In this document: positions 21,202-30,996 of the stretch, piece by piece
Layout: the number at the start of each line of letters is the position of its first letter
Numbering within the stretch: position 1 is the first letter of the stretch
Origin: a virus
Strand: one strand, 5' to 3'
DNA: 64,000 nt
IMG/VR virus record: IMGVR_UViG_3300021963_000067
Location: 1 to 64,000 of that record
The notes under the pieces: generated by a model
Seen by the model: the letters and a program-made list of their open reading frames with translations, nothing else
The model's database searches: none
What the model was told of the DNA's origin: nothing
Program-made: the position numbers and the translations under genes

Positions 21202-21762
21202 TCATTCTCCTATTAAGCGGTCGTTAACGACAGACCAGTCGATAATACGCCAAATATTATTTAGATACTTGACTTTGTCCTGTTGGTAATCTAATGCCCA
21301 AGCGTGTTCCCACCAATCAATAAGCAGAGCAATCTTCATGCCTTTTTTGTATTCGTGATTGGGAATGGTATGCAGTTTGCCCGCAGTATCCATATAGACC
21401 CAACCGGAACCTTGAATAGCCATCGCTTCTTTTTCTACAGCTTCTTTAAACTTGTCAAAGCTGCTGTAAACGCTGTCAATTAATTCACCTGCTGCTTCTG
21501 TAGGTTTATTAGCAGCTCTCGGAGGAGTTAGATTTCCAAAGTACAAATTATGCAACATTGCGCCGCCATAATTAAATTTAGAATCACCTTCTCCGGCATT
21601 GTATCTTTCAAAATACTTGGCAGCTAGGCCTGAATAATGATAGTCGAGAGTATCTTTACTCATTACGGGATCAAGTTCTTCCTTGCCAAAACTCAACCGA
21701 TTTTGAACAATTTCTCTAGTATTAGTATCTTCGTGTAGGTATTTGATGAAATGTAGCGCCAT
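21202..21762 (-). CDS. Fe/Mn superoxide dismutase
   Basis: Metal ligands retained: DYHY, LHNLYF, DWWEHAW; QGSGW. Confidence 0.88.
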   Translation of the reverse strand: MALHFIKYLHEDTNTREIVQNRLSFGKEELDPVMSKDTLDYHYSGLAAKYFERYNAGEGDSKFNYGGAMLHNLYFGNLTPPRAANKPTEAAGELIDSVYSSFDKFKEAVEKEAMAIQGSGWVYMDTAGKLHTIPNHEYKKGMKIALLIDWWEHAWALDYQQDKVKYLNNIWRIIDWSVVNDRLIGE

Positions 21763-21803
21763 CCTGTATTTAGTGTATAAATAACCTACAAGGAGATTTT
21801 AAT

Positions 21804-22109
21804 ATGATCGGTTTATTAAAGAAACTATTTGGTTCTAAGCCAGCAGAACAAACTGCGGAAGTTCCATATAAGGTAGAGGCAGCACCAGTAATTGAGTTGG
21901 TACCATCACCTGCTCCGGCAGTTGATGCAGTGGTAGTTGTTCCAGATGCTGTTGTGCCAGCGGCAGTAGTTGAGGCAGCACCAAAAGCAGAACCACAGAA
22001 AAAGGCTGCTCCTGCAAAGAAAGCAGCCCCAAAGAAGCAACAGTTTGCCAAAAAGCCTACAACAGCTAAAAAGCCGCCTGCTCCAAAGAAACCAAAATCA
22101 CAAGCCTAA
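21804..22109 (+). CDS. Ala/Pro/Lys-rich protein with histone H1-like basic tail
   Basis: KKAAPAKKAAPKK; AGGAG RBS and TATAAATA upstream. Confidence 0.7.
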   Translation: MIGLLKKLFGSKPAEQTAEVPYKVEAAPVIELVPSPAPAVDAVVVVPDAVVPAAVVEAAPKAEPQKKAAPAKKAAPKKQQFAKKPTTAKKPPAPKKPKSQA

Positions 22110-23123
22110 TTCTTTAGCTTGTTCGTAAAGTGCAAAGCTGGCCAAGTTTTTGGCCTTGCTTTCGCACATGATATCGAATTGGTCTCTAAAGCTCAAGGCC
22201 CATTCATTTGCTGCTGTATTCCAGTAGAAGTTTGAATGTGCTCTGAGCTTTTGTTTTTTGTGTCCGGATTCAATTAGCGCATCAAGGGCGGGAAGGGTGT
22301 CTGTGGCATGGTCAACAACAACGTCTTCCCGTGAAACACTATAATGTATAACAGGCCGCACACCGCGCCAACTATCAATAATCCTTTTAACACGGTCGTC
22401 ATTTGCTTCAATATATTCTCCTGAGTTAATCCAATGGTGATGAATATCTAGTACTAGGGCACAGTCGTTTACTAGTTCTATGCTAGAATCGATACCCCAA
22501 GTCATTTCGTCGTTTTCAATTGTAATACAATTCCTGGCTTCAGGTGAAAGTCTAGTCAATGCTCTGCGGATACCTTCAGGACCTTGCTTGCCTGAAATAT
22601 GCACATTGATCTTGAAGTCTTGAAACGTTTTGCCGTAGCCCATCCAGCGAGCCATATCAGTATGGTACTCGAACTCTTCGATTGATCGTTCTACAATACC
22701 TTCGTTAATAGATGCAAGCACAGTGAACTGACCAGGATGCATAGACAACCGAACACCCCTCTTGCGAGCCAGATCTCCCACCTCTCCAAATGCTCTTTCG
22801 CAATAGGCTCGGACATCGCCACGCCGCCAAAACCCGCACCAATCCTGCTGAGTATATACAGGTAGTATATCGCTACTGAGTCGTACCATTCTAAGATCTT
22901 CATGTTGTTCTCCAACTAATTCTACTAGTTTACGAGTAGCTTCGATGTTGCCTACCATTAGGTCCCATAGCTTTTGTTCTGCAACCTGTTTAGTCTGTCT
23001 ATTTAACCAAGCGACAGTAGTGCTACCAGTGTTATACTGTTTACAATTGTCAGCCTGTTTGATCCCGTCGATCTGACTGGGACCGTCTATCCACTTGCAG
23101 GCAAAGCCAATACGTTTTGTCAT
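22098..23123 (-). CDS. uvsE: UV damage endonuclease UvsE/UVDE
   Basis: RIGFAC, RLSSD, SMHPGQF, IENDE, LDIHHH, RAHS, ESKAK; start moved to MTKRIG (ATGA overlap). Confidence 0.9.
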   Translation of the reverse strand: MTKRIGFACKWIDGPSQIDGIKQADNCKQYNTGSTTVAWLNRQTKQVAEQKLWDLMVGNIEATRKLVELVGEQHEDLRMVRLSSDILPVYTQQDWCGFWRRGDVRAYCERAFGEVGDLARKRGVRLSMHPGQFTVLASINEGIVERSIEEFEYHTDMARWMGYGKTFQDFKINVHISGKQGPEGIRRALTRLSPEARNCITIENDEMTWGIDSSIELVNDCALVLDIHHHWINSGEYIEANDDRVKRIIDSWRGVRPVIHYSVSREDVVVDHATDTLPALDALIESGHKKQKLRAHSNFYWNTAANEWALSFRDQFDIMCESKAKNLASFALYEQAKELGL

Positions 23124-23428
23124 TCTTTTACTTTCGCTGAAATTACATTGGCGATACGGAAGGAACGCCATTCCTTTTTGTCCAAACACCAAACGCTCAT
23201 TACATCTGGGTTCACTTTCTTTTCTTTCTTTACTACGGGAAAGTCGATAGGATTATCTGTGTTAGTAAAATGTGGGAAATTTGGAGCGGGAATAGGATCG
23301 GGAATAAACTCTGCCTTAAGTGTGCAAGGCATAGATCGTATCTCTCCATTTACTTTGGTAAATTCTACAATGCACTCATTTTCAAGAAGTAGAGTGCGTA
23401 GGGCTTCGGAGGTAATAGTATTAGTCAT
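23120..23428 (-). CDS. Small SH3/WYL-like-fold phage protein
   Basis: VEFTKVNGEIRSMPCTL...DKKEWRSFR. Confidence 0.7.
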   Translation of the reverse strand: MTNTITSEALRTLLLENECIVEFTKVNGEIRSMPCTLKAEFIPDPIPAPNFPHFTNTDNPIDFPVVKKEKKVNPDVMSVWCLDKKEWRSFRIANVISAKVKE

Positions 23429-23434
23429 GCTACT

Positions 23435-23463
23435 ATTATAGCATGATTACCGCCAGTTGTCAA
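23435..23463 (-). promoter_or_regulatory. Consensus sigma70 promoter (probably leaderless transcript)
   Basis: TTGACA-N17-TATAAT; ATG begins 7 nt after the -10 box. Confidence 0.85.
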
Positions 23464-24259
23464 CGATAAATTGATCCATAACTTCGTCAGGTTTTGGATC
23501 ACCGTGGAATACACTAACAGAACATTCTGGATGCACTTTCGGACTGCGAACATCTTTAAAATATCTTTTACCGCCCTGATACACTAATTCATTGCGATCT
23601 CTAATTTCCCATTTATAGCTCATTATCCATTTTTCAGGCCAGAATGTTATTCTGCTTTTAGCCACTTGCCAAATCCAATCTTGATCGCCGTGTAGCTTTT
23701 GAGCCTGCTTGGGATTAGTTTTAAATGCTGTGAATATGTCGGTGTGTAGTCCCGCTGGCCAACTCATAACAGAACTATTAAGAATATTCCATTGGGGATT
23801 GAATTTTCTATTAAAGTCTCTGATTCCAAGAAACTCTTGATTGCGACCTATTATTAGTTTGTCTATATTATGATGTATAACAATATCAAGATCAAAATAT
23901 AAAATTCTGCCTTTTAGATTCAATCCAGGATCAAACATGTGAACCTTGTGCCACCAACCCTTGGCATATCCTTCATTGGATCTAACAATACTGTGAACAC
24001 CTTCAATTGGGTGCTGATCATCGGTCAGACAATAAAATTCATAGGGAACTGTTAGATGTCTAGCAACCATGTTGCGCAACCGCTCAACATATTCTCTACC
24101 GTATCGTGTGCCAAATCTAACACATAATACAGAAATTGTTTCAGTGTGAACTTGCACAGGAACAGGGATTGGCTCTTCTACAAGAGTTTCTGTAGGAGGA
24201 AAGCCAAATTTTTTATAGTGTCGCCACTGTTCTTTAGTGAGATTTTCTTTTGACCACAT
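23447..24259 (-). CDS. Glycosyltransferase (GT-A fold, GT8-like)
   Basis: YFDLD DxD motif, NSSVM, GDQDWI, FHGDPKP. Confidence 0.8.
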   Translation of the reverse strand: MWSKENLTKEQWRHYKKFGFPPTETLVEEPIPVPVQVHTETISVLCVRFGTRYGREYVERLRNMVARHLTVPYEFYCLTDDQHPIEGVHSIVRSNEGYAKGWWHKVHMFDPGLNLKGRILYFDLDIVIHHNIDKLIIGRNQEFLGIRDFNRKFNPQWNILNSSVMSWPAGLHTDIFTAFKTNPKQAQKLHGDQDWIWQVAKSRITFWPEKWIMSYKWEIRDRNELVYQGGKRYFKDVRSPKVHPECSVSVFHGDPKPDEVMDQFIVDNWR

Positions 24260-25067
24260 TGTCTATTTCTACTAAGTCTTTCAGTATATCGCTTAGGTCG
24301 TCAAGTTTAATCATATTAGGTCCGTCGCTTGGAGCACGATCTGGATCCTCGTGGCATTCCATAAAGACCGCAGCAACTGAACCAGTTGCTACAGCCGCCC
24401 TGGCCAAGTATGGCACCATAGTTCGATCTCCGCCGGATCGTGATCCCATTCCTCCAGGCTGCTGAACACTATGTGTGGCATCAAAGACCACTGGATACCC
24501 GGTGCCAGCCATAATGGGTAAACTACGCATATCAACAACAAGATTATTATATCCATGAGTGTATCCTCTTTCGCATAACATAATACGTTGATTGCCAGTT
24601 GAGGCAATCTTTTCTGCAACATTTTTCATATCGTGTGGTGCAAGAAACTGACCTTTTTTAACATTGATCACACATCCTGTTTCGCCAGCTGCTACTAACA
24701 GATCAGTTTGGCGGCAAAGGAATGCGGGAATTTGCAGTATGTCGATACCTGCATCGGCACATTCTTTTGCCTGCCAACTTTCGTGAATGTCAGTTAAAAC
24801 AGGCACTCCAAACTGATGCTTAATGCCGTTAAGAACTTTTAATCCCTCGTCAATGCCTATGCCTCGTTGTGTAGAAATACTAGAACGATTGGCTTTGTCG
24901 AAGCTGCTCTTATATATTAACGGGATGCCAAGCAGTTCTGTGATGGCAATTAGCCTAGCACAGGTATCTTCGGCATGCTGTTGACTTTCGATTTGACAAG
25001 GACCGGCAATAAGAACAAATGGTAAGTTGTTGCTAATAGGTAAAGCGTTGATATTAAATGTGCGCAT
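24234..25067 (-). CDS. kdsA: 3-deoxy-8-phosphooctulonate (KDO8P) synthase
   Basis: [46 protein letters not shown]; start moved to MRTF. Confidence 0.95.
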   Translation of the reverse strand: MRTFNINALPISNNLPFVLIAGPCQIESQQHAEDTCARLIAITELLGIPLIYKSSFDKANRSSISTQRGIGIDEGLKVLNGIKHQFGVPVLTDIHESWQAKECADAGIDILQIPAFLCRQTDLLVAAGETGCVINVKKGQFLAPHDMKNVAEKIASTGNQRIMLCERGYTHGYNNLVVDMRSLPIMAGTGYPVVFDATHSVQQPGGMGSRSGGDRTMVPYLARAAVATGSVAAVFMECHEDPDRAPSDGPNMIKLDDLSDILKDLVEIDNVVKRKSH

Positions 25068-25075
25068 ATTATTAT

Positions 25076-25267
25076 TTACCAGTGCCTGATGGTGTTGGCA
25101 ATAATAAAGCAACAGGTTATAACGTGTATGATTACCCAGAATGTTTTAAAGAATAGAGCCCAACGAGCTTCTCTTAAAGTTAAGATAGGAACATCCGGAC
25201 GATCCTCATCCGTGTTCCCCATTAAATGTCCAGTTGCCCGGGCCCATACTTTTTCAATGCTATTCAT
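25076..25267 (-). CDS. Small membrane protein
   Basis: 63 aa, hydrophobic C-terminal helix, abuts queD. Confidence 0.6.
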   Translation of the reverse strand: MNSIEKVWARATGHLMGNTDEDRPDVPILTLREARWALFFKTFWVIIHVITCCFIIANTIRHW

Positions 25268-25753
25268 TTAGCCTTCGTATGTAGCTGAGTTAGCACCATG
25301 TTCGAATACCTCAACAGATTTAACTCTTACTGTTGGATTAATAGGATATCTCATGTCGCCACTGGCAATTAGTTCTGCCATTTTGTCATAGCACATTTTA
25401 GCAAACATCTCACAGCCTACACCTTCTACTATACGTAGATTGCATATACCACTGTTTTTGAATCCGCCAGCAATTTCGTTTAGCTTTTGAAATGTGTTTA
25501 GATGGGGATCGTCAGCCGCAATAACCAAGGTATGATCAAACATGTCATCAGCCCATGCCTTGAATTCTTTAAGCCCACCAAAGTCCATACACCAGTTTTT
25601 ATCATCTAGTGTGTCGCATTCAAATATTAATTTAATGCCAATTGAATAACCATGTAATGTAGAACAGTGGCTGTGTGTGGCACGCCATTGTCTAAAACAG
25701 CATGACAGTCCTCTGTCGTTTCCGTAAGTTTTTGTCGAGTAAAATTTTGCCAT
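25268..25753 (-). CDS. queD: 6-pyruvoyl-tetrahydropterin / 6-carboxy-tetrahydropterin synthase (QueD/PTPS)
   Basis: HCSTLHGY, MDFG, FDHT, VEVFE. Confidence 0.8.
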   Translation of the reverse strand: MAKFYSTKTYGNDRGLSCCFRQWRATHSHCSTLHGYSIGIKLIFECDTLDDKNWCMDFGGLKEFKAWADDMFDHTLVIAADDPHLNTFQKLNEIAGGFKNSGICNLRIVEGVGCEMFAKMCYDKMAELIASGDMRYPINPTVRVKSVEVFEHGANSATYEG

Positions 25754-25790
25754 CTCTAGTCTCCTTAATAATGAGCAAGTTTGACGACAT

Positions 25791-25837
25791 GCAGAGTTTA
25801 TAAAGCGGGATGAATGACGTAAAAAGTCCGCTGTGCC
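25791..25837 (-). promoter_or_regulatory. Candidate structured leader RNA upstream of queD (preQ1-I-like features)
   Basis: Stem AGCGG/CCGCU with loop ending CAUC, followed by UUAUAAAC; inner GAC/GUC hairpin. Confidence 0.35.
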
Positions 25838-25849
25838 TGTGTGTATAGA

Positions 25850-26482
25850 TTAATTATACAGGGTATTTATAGGTAATGCAACACCAATAGATTCTTTTTT
25901 AACATTATCGTATTGCCATTCTGTGGGCATCTTCCAACCTTCGGTATTGATAATGTTAAATTGAATATGGGGAAACAATGAAAAAAGTTTTCCAATTTGA
26001 TAAATCCAGTAGCTAGGATCAACAGCACTAGAATTTGGATTAGAATAGTTATTGGTTCCCTTGTAGATGTTGTTTACAAGGTCCTGTCTTCCGTATAGAT
26101 CAAATCCAACTAATGATACTGTTGGTAAATTTAATTGTGCGGCAATAAGAACAGCGTATGGGCCCGAACCCCAATGTACTGGCTTGTCTGGACGAAGTTC
26201 TCCTTGATAAGGCAAGTCAGGTAGAAGTTTTACGTTTTTATTCTTTTCTATTTTTCTAAAATAGTGATGCCAGTTATCTCGAACATGTATTGTTGTATTG
26301 GCAGTTGTGGGATTTTCTAGAGCTTCACGAACCATTCGGTGGTCGCAGCAGACAAGATGATCAACTACAATGTCTCTATGCAAGGCATTACAGCCCACAA
26401 ATAAATGTGTATCTTTAAATCTATTTAAATCGATCTTGCTTCGACTTTCGCCGTTGCCGATAACAAGGGCATGATCGCCCAT
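25850..26482 (-). CDS. DUF115/Maf-like nucleotide-sugar-related protein
   Basis: VIGNGESR...GCNAL...SGPYA...LVGFDL. Confidence 0.55.
   Translation of the reverse strand: MGDHALVIGNGESRSKIDLNRFKDTHLFVGCNALHRDIVVDHLVCCDHRMVREALENPTTANTTIHVRDNWHHYFRKIEKNKNVKLLPDLPYQGELRPDKPVHWGSGPYAVLIAAQLNLPTVSLVGFDLYGRQDLVNNIYKGTNNYSNPNSSAVDPSYWIYQIGKLFSLFPHIQFNIINTEGWKMPTEWQYDNVKKESIGVALPINTLYN
25853..25881 (-). promoter_or_regulatory. Sigma70-like promoter with nested TATAAATA late motif
   Basis: TTGCAT-N17-TATAAT; spacer contains TATAAATA. Confidence 0.6.
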
Positions 26483-26485
26483 ATG

Positions 26486-27361
26486 TTAACCTCGTTCTTT
26501 GATCTCGCCGAATGGATACCAAGCACCTGGACTACCAGCTCTTAGACACACCCAACCTACGCCAGTGCCTACTCTAGCGCCTGTGTTCCAAACAATGTCG
26601 CCCACAGAGTAAGTGCCTTCTTGAGGGGGAGTTCCTGCATACATATGAACATGTCCGCCGAATCGAACAGCACCAGCAACATGTAGATCAACTGCCGGAT
26701 CTGGATTCTCAACCCCGATGCTTAACTTGCCGTTAATTTTAACCTGTATAGGATTACGATTGGGATTTCCTAGTTCGATATTGCCGTTGGCTTTAACTGC
26801 AATGCGTGTGGTATTATCTGTAACAATATCAAAATCTGTGCTGGCAAATGTACCGACCATTCCGTGAAATGCATCGTTAGTGCCTAGCATAACTTCGATG
26901 GCATTTTCTGCAACACTTAGTGCCGCATTGGGAGCATCAGTTCCTAGGCCTAGTCTATCAGTAGTTCCGTTATAGATTAGGTATTGATTAATGTTTAATG
27001 AGCCGTCAACAATCAAACCCTTGAGTCTACCCACTGTCTGTAGATTACTTTTAACTACAGACGATCCCAATTCTTTAGTTGATAGTACAACACTATTTCC
27101 AATCGAGAAATGCTTGTCCTTGTCTAGGTCAATGTTTTCAGAAGAGAAAAATCGGCCAGGATTTCCGTTAAAAACCAGTTGCTTAGTAACGCCGTCGCCG
27201 CTCCAAATAATGCCCTTACCAAAATTTCCTTCTCCTTTTCGGGCACGGAATTCTAAGAATTGGGTTATTTCTTGGGCTACAGGCTGGTGAGCCGCATCAA
27301 CAAGATCCTTAAGAACTTTGCTTAAGTCTGTTAGAGTTTGATCGATATTGGTATTGTTCAT
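26486..27361 (-). CDS. Fibre-like structural protein
   Basis: SNLQTVGRL, RLGLGTDAP, LSIGVENP, GDIVWN...GWVC; start moved to MNNT, 5 nt after TAAATA. Confidence 0.6.
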   Translation of the reverse strand: MNNTNIDQTLTDLSKVLKDLVDAAHQPVAQEITQFLEFRARKGEGNFGKGIIWSGDGVTKQLVFNGNPGRFFSSENIDLDKDKHFSIGNSVVLSTKELGSSVVKSNLQTVGRLKGLIVDGSLNINQYLIYNGTTDRLGLGTDAPNAALSVAENAIEVMLGTNDAFHGMVGTFASTDFDIVTDNTTRIAVKANGNIELGNPNRNPIQVKINGKLSIGVENPDPAVDLHVAGAVRFGGHVHMYAGTPPQEGTYSVGDIVWNTGARVGTGVGWVCLRAGSPGAWYPFGEIKERG

Positions 27362-27391
27362 ACCAGTATTTATCAAACTCCAAACTAAACA

Positions 27392-28558
27392 TTAGGCAAT
27401 TTTCAACAAGATTATGTCTTCGCTAATACGGCCGTTCATGCGTGTGTCTACAGCATTAATTTCGTCTAGGAATTTACGCAGTTGCACTTTACCGCTGTCT
27501 TTAAATGCTTTAATTTGCTCTGCAGGTTTACGCAGAGTTTTTTGCACACTTTTAGCTTCGCTGAAACCTGTAATAGTTGTTCCCTTAACACCTAGGTCTC
27601 GGAACTCTTCAGCAACATACTTGCCTAATTTGCGACTCTTGGTGTTGTAAGTCCATAGTTCTTTTGCACCCAGTATATCTGCAGGATTAATTGATACCAA
27701 TTTTAACGGCTCGTCTGCTTTCTTGTACTTGAGTTTAGCCACAATCTTTTCGGCAGGCACGGCTTTTTTAGCTTTAGGCTTGCGATTGACCTTGGCTTCT
27801 TGCGCCAACATCTCGCAGGCACTAACAATTTCTTGATAGAACGCTGTAATCTTTCGCAATTGCACTTTGCTTAAATGACTGTAGGCTTCTTTAAGTTGTT
27901 CATCTTTAGTTGTTGCCGTTTCTATAAGCTCATCTAGATCTCTAGCGTAGAAATCTTTAATGATGCGAGCGTGGGCTGCTTTGGCTTGATGAGCTTTAAG
28001 CAAGTTGAGAACTTTAAATGCTTTGGGATCAAAAGTTTCTGGATCAGTTTGAAACGCTTCAATAGCTGTTTCAATTTCTTCAGTCATTTTGTAAGATGCT
28101 TCACGCACTCTTTCTTGAATGCTAACAACAGGACCTGTGGGTTTAACTTCGACTTCTTCAGAATCGTCTACATCATCTTTGCCTTCTGCTACAATTTTAG
28201 CAATAGCTTGCCCTAACCAAACTACCGAACTGCGTCCATCATTAAAGTCTGCACGAACAGGAGGCATACCTTTAAGCAAACAGGCAGCAATGGCGCCTAC
28301 AGTTGTCCCACAGCGATTGTCTTTGGTCTTCTTGAATTCTGCAATTTGATCTTTGGTGTAGCCGTTAGCACTCATCCAATTGATCACTTTGGGTTTAAGT
28401 TCTTTACCACTGGACTCTAGTCGATACCAACTCATAGCAACATGAAAATGACGCAGGAACTGATTAGTATCCCAAGTTTCGTGTCCATCCCATTTCGGAC
28501 TAAAATCTTTACCTTTGGCTGCACGAGCGTCTGCTAGATGTTTTGCCTTAGTTGCCAT
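27392..28558 (-). CDS. Conserved hypothetical protein of T4-like phages
   Basis: Long basic ORF; AGGAG RBS before MATKAK; consensus promoter upstream. Confidence 0.7.
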   Translation of the reverse strand: MATKAKHLADARAAKGKDFSPKWDGHETWDTNQFLRHFHVAMSWYRLESSGKELKPKVINWMSANGYTKDQIAEFKKTKDNRCGTTVGAIAACLLKGMPPVRADFNDGRSSVVWLGQAIAKIVAEGKDDVDDSEEVEVKPTGPVVSIQERVREASYKMTEEIETAIEAFQTDPETFDPKAFKVLNLLKAHQAKAAHARIIKDFYARDLDELIETATTKDEQLKEAYSHLSKVQLRKITAFYQEIVSACEMLAQEAKVNRKPKAKKAVPAEKIVAKLKYKKADEPLKLVSINPADILGAKELWTYNTKSRKLGKYVAEEFRDLGVKGTTITGFSEAKSVQKTLRKPAEQIKAFKDSGKVQLRKFLDEINAVDTRMNGRISEDIILLKIA

Positions 28559-28589
28559 TATCGCACTCCTATTAATTAACAATACTTAT

Positions 28590-28618
28590 ATTATAGCATC
28601 GTTCTATCTAATTGTCAA
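28590..28618 (-). promoter_or_regulatory. Consensus sigma70 promoter
   Basis: TTGACA-N17-TATAAT. Confidence 0.85.
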
Positions 28619-28814
28619 GTGGATCATTTTGAAAAGTTTTAACGGGTACAGACTCACCGTCTTCGTTTTCTTGATAAACTACAGCAGATACATAGCCATC
28701 GTTCAGACTAGATTTGGCTATTTCAAATGCTTCCTTTTGGCTAGCAGTTGTATCCAATAATTCATTATGGCCGTCTTCGTCCTCGGCCCAAACTTCGTAT
28801 AACATATATGTCAT
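28608..28814 (-). CDS. Hypothetical acidic protein
   Basis: 68 aa, GAGG RBS. Confidence 0.6.
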   Translation of the reverse strand: MTYMLYEVWAEDEDGHNELLDTTASQKEAFEIAKSSLNDGYVSAVVYQENEDGESVPVKTFQNDPLDN

Positions 28815-28835
28815 TTTGGTTGTCCTCTAACCTCC

Positions 28836-29390
28836 TTAACGGTTATCATCTTCTTCATCTAACACAATCCAACCTAATTGCTTTAGATCTTGTTTTATCT
28901 CATCAGTAACAATACTCTCAGGAACATAGCCGGTCTTGGCTTTCCATTGTTCTTCGGTCATAGTTCCTTCATATTCGAGATTCTGCCCGCCGATACCCGA
29001 ACAGTACCAATCAATGTAATCGCCTTCTTGGCGCATGTCTGCAACTATGCCCCCGGCATAACGCCAAGAGCACGACCAACGTTCATCTTTAAGAACGGGC
29101 ATAACATCCAATTTTTGGAATTGTCTATTACACATGGCTGCATATAAATTTTGAGCATAACCGTCGTTGGCCCGAACCTTATCCAAGATCCAGTCGGTGG
29201 TTAATAGATCGTATTCCATATTATTTTTATGAGTTTTTGGATCGTCAAACTTGTGCTCGTGTGCATTGATTATGTTCTCAAACATGTCTAGATAGGCTTC
29301 GCTGACAGTTTCGCCTGCTTCCTCTTGACGCTTGACATAGCCTCCCTTTTGGAAGCTGTGCCGATCAGGACTTTTTGAAATTTTGGACAT
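28836..29390 (-). CDS. Hypothetical phage protein
   Basis: YAQNLYAAMCN, WSCSWR, YIDWYCSG; start probably MSKISK. Confidence 0.65.
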   Translation of the reverse strand: MSKISKSPDRHSFQKGGYVKRQEEAGETVSEAYLDMFENIINAHEHKFDDPKTHKNNMEYDLLTTDWILDKVRANDGYAQNLYAAMCNRQFQKLDVMPVLKDERWSCSWRYAGGIVADMRQEGDYIDWYCSGIGGQNLEYEGTMTEEQWKAKTGYVPESIVTDEIKQDLKQLGWIVLDEEDDNR

Positions 29391-29778
29391 CTTGAATTGC
29401 TGACTTAATAGTTTCTGCGTAGTTGAATGCTTGTTGTTCACTCATGGCAATGGTAGTTTCAGTTTTTATATAACCTTGAGTCCATATTTGCCAAGTTAAT
29501 TTTATACGACGAACGAAACCGTTAACTAGATCTTTCCAGAACCAATCCCATTCTTGCAGCCATGGATTATCGATGTCATAGCGTTTGTCTACAGTTTCAC
29601 TCCAGTAATCGCTCTTGGCAACGACATAGGTATTAATATTAATTCCAGTATCGGCTGCTTCAACTTCAAAATCGATATCGTGATCAGGCTGGCCGCACCC
29701 ACAGACAACTTTGTAAAACTTAGAGTCTCCAAAGTCATTTGTTTTCATAATACCTACCGCTGGTGTTTCTGCTTTCAT
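29365..29778 (-). CDS. Hypothetical protein
   Basis: 137 aa, CGCG...H motif, in operon. Confidence 0.6.
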   Translation of the reverse strand: MKAETPAVGIMKTNDFGDSKFYKVVCGCGQPDHDIDFEVEAADTGININTYVVAKSDYWSETVDKRYDIDNPWLQEWDWFWKDLVNGFVRRIKLTWQIWTQGYIKTETTIAMSEQQAFNYAETIKSAIQDVQNFKKS

Positions 29779-30026
29779 TTTTTATCTCGTTGATGCTTAT
29801 ATTCTCTCTTAAGCCAATATTTATAGCGTTCCCAATACTGTGTTATTGTAGCAGGTTCTTCTCCATAGAGCAACCGTTCTTCGCGATTCTCCATCCAAAG
29901 TTCGTTAACCCAATGCCTAAAGGCACTAGTTTGGCGTTTCTGGTCGATCGATACAGTATTCACAGGTTGGGTCATTGCATTTATCCTCAGTCCATTTATT
30001 GCAGGTGTTGCAAAAGTGAGCATCAA
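29775..30026 (-). CDS. Hypothetical protein (start uncertain)
   Basis: ATGA overlap with downstream gene. Confidence 0.55.
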   Translation of the reverse strand: MMLTFATPAINGLRINAMTQPVNTVSIDQKRQTSAFRHWVNELWMENREERLLYGEEPATITQYWERYKYWLKREYKHQRDKK

Positions 30027-30071
30027 ACTTTTCGCTATACTCTATTTGAGAATCGCAGTCTAAACAACAAT

Positions 30072-30920
30072 TTAGGTCCATAGGCTATCTCGAGCTTTGA
30101 TCAAACGTATCATCATAGCTTCGTCTTCTTTTTCGTATGCGGCTTCAATCTTTTGAAGTAGTTTATGTGATTTGTCGCTCATCTTTTTAAGTTCGGGGTT
30201 ATCTCGATGACCACTAAAACTCAGTTTGCCACCGTTGGCAATACGACTAGCTTCGCAGTATTCTGTCCAGCCCGATGCATCGTAAGGATCGGGACGATTA
30301 CGATAGGTTTGAGTCCACCAAATGTAAAGTTCTTTGATTTCTCGAGCACGTTCTGCTTGGCCCGTGGGCTTGCCAAAGTTAGGATTGTCTTTTTCAACTC
30401 CCATATTCTCATCCATAACTAATGTCATTGCCCAGTCGAGATGGTCTAAGCCTGCCTGCGGACAACGCCAAGTACGCCAACGGAACCAACCGCTAGCCCA
30501 AAATGGAGGATCGTATTTGGCACGATCTTCTTTACTGCCCCAAGCAATATGACTCCATGCAGATTCTATTTCAACAAAGTCAACTAACTCGTTAAAGAGA
30601 CAAGGCAAAAAACGATTACCGACATCACACCAGGCGCCAGGCTTGATGTCGCGGGGATGAGCAGTGAGGCTATGAGTGCGACTAACCCAACGATTATTAA
30701 TATAGTATTTGATATCATAGAGTTTCCTTACGGGCCATGTAACAAAGTCTTGGATGTGTCCAAGAGCTTCTTCGGCTAACCAGTAGCGGAAGTTGTGCTT
30801 CATTTGAGCCCGGGTGGTCCACTCATCCCATTCTTCTGCCGTGCCTGCGCCTAGCTTTTTAGTGCCACGAAGCCAGTCTGCAAATGGAGAGCATGACCAA
30901 TAATTTGAGTGGTGTGCCAT
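30072..30920 (-). CDS. Trp-rich hypothetical phage protein
   Basis: 282 aa, downstream of consensus promoter. Confidence 0.7.
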   Translation of the reverse strand: MAHHSNYWSCSPFADWLRGTKKLGAGTAEEWDEWTTRAQMKHNFRYWLAEEALGHIQDFVTWPVRKLYDIKYYINNRWVSRTHSLTAHPRDIKPGAWCDVGNRFLPCLFNELVDFVEIESAWSHIAWGSKEDRAKYDPPFWASGWFRWRTWRCPQAGLDHLDWAMTLVMDENMGVEKDNPNFGKPTGQAERAREIKELYIWWTQTYRNRPDPYDASGWTEYCEASRIANGGKLSFSGHRDNPELKKMSDKSHKLLQKIEAAYEKEDEAMMIRLIKARDSLWT

Positions 30921-30950
30921 AGTAGTATATTTTCTCTGTTGAACACTTTA

Positions 30951-30979
30951 ATTATACTATCTTTCTAGAAACATGTCAA
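30951..30979 (-). promoter_or_regulatory. Consensus sigma70 promoter
   Basis: TTGACA-N17-TATAAT. Confidence 0.85.
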
Positions 30980-30996
30980 GATGATTCTCTTTTGAC

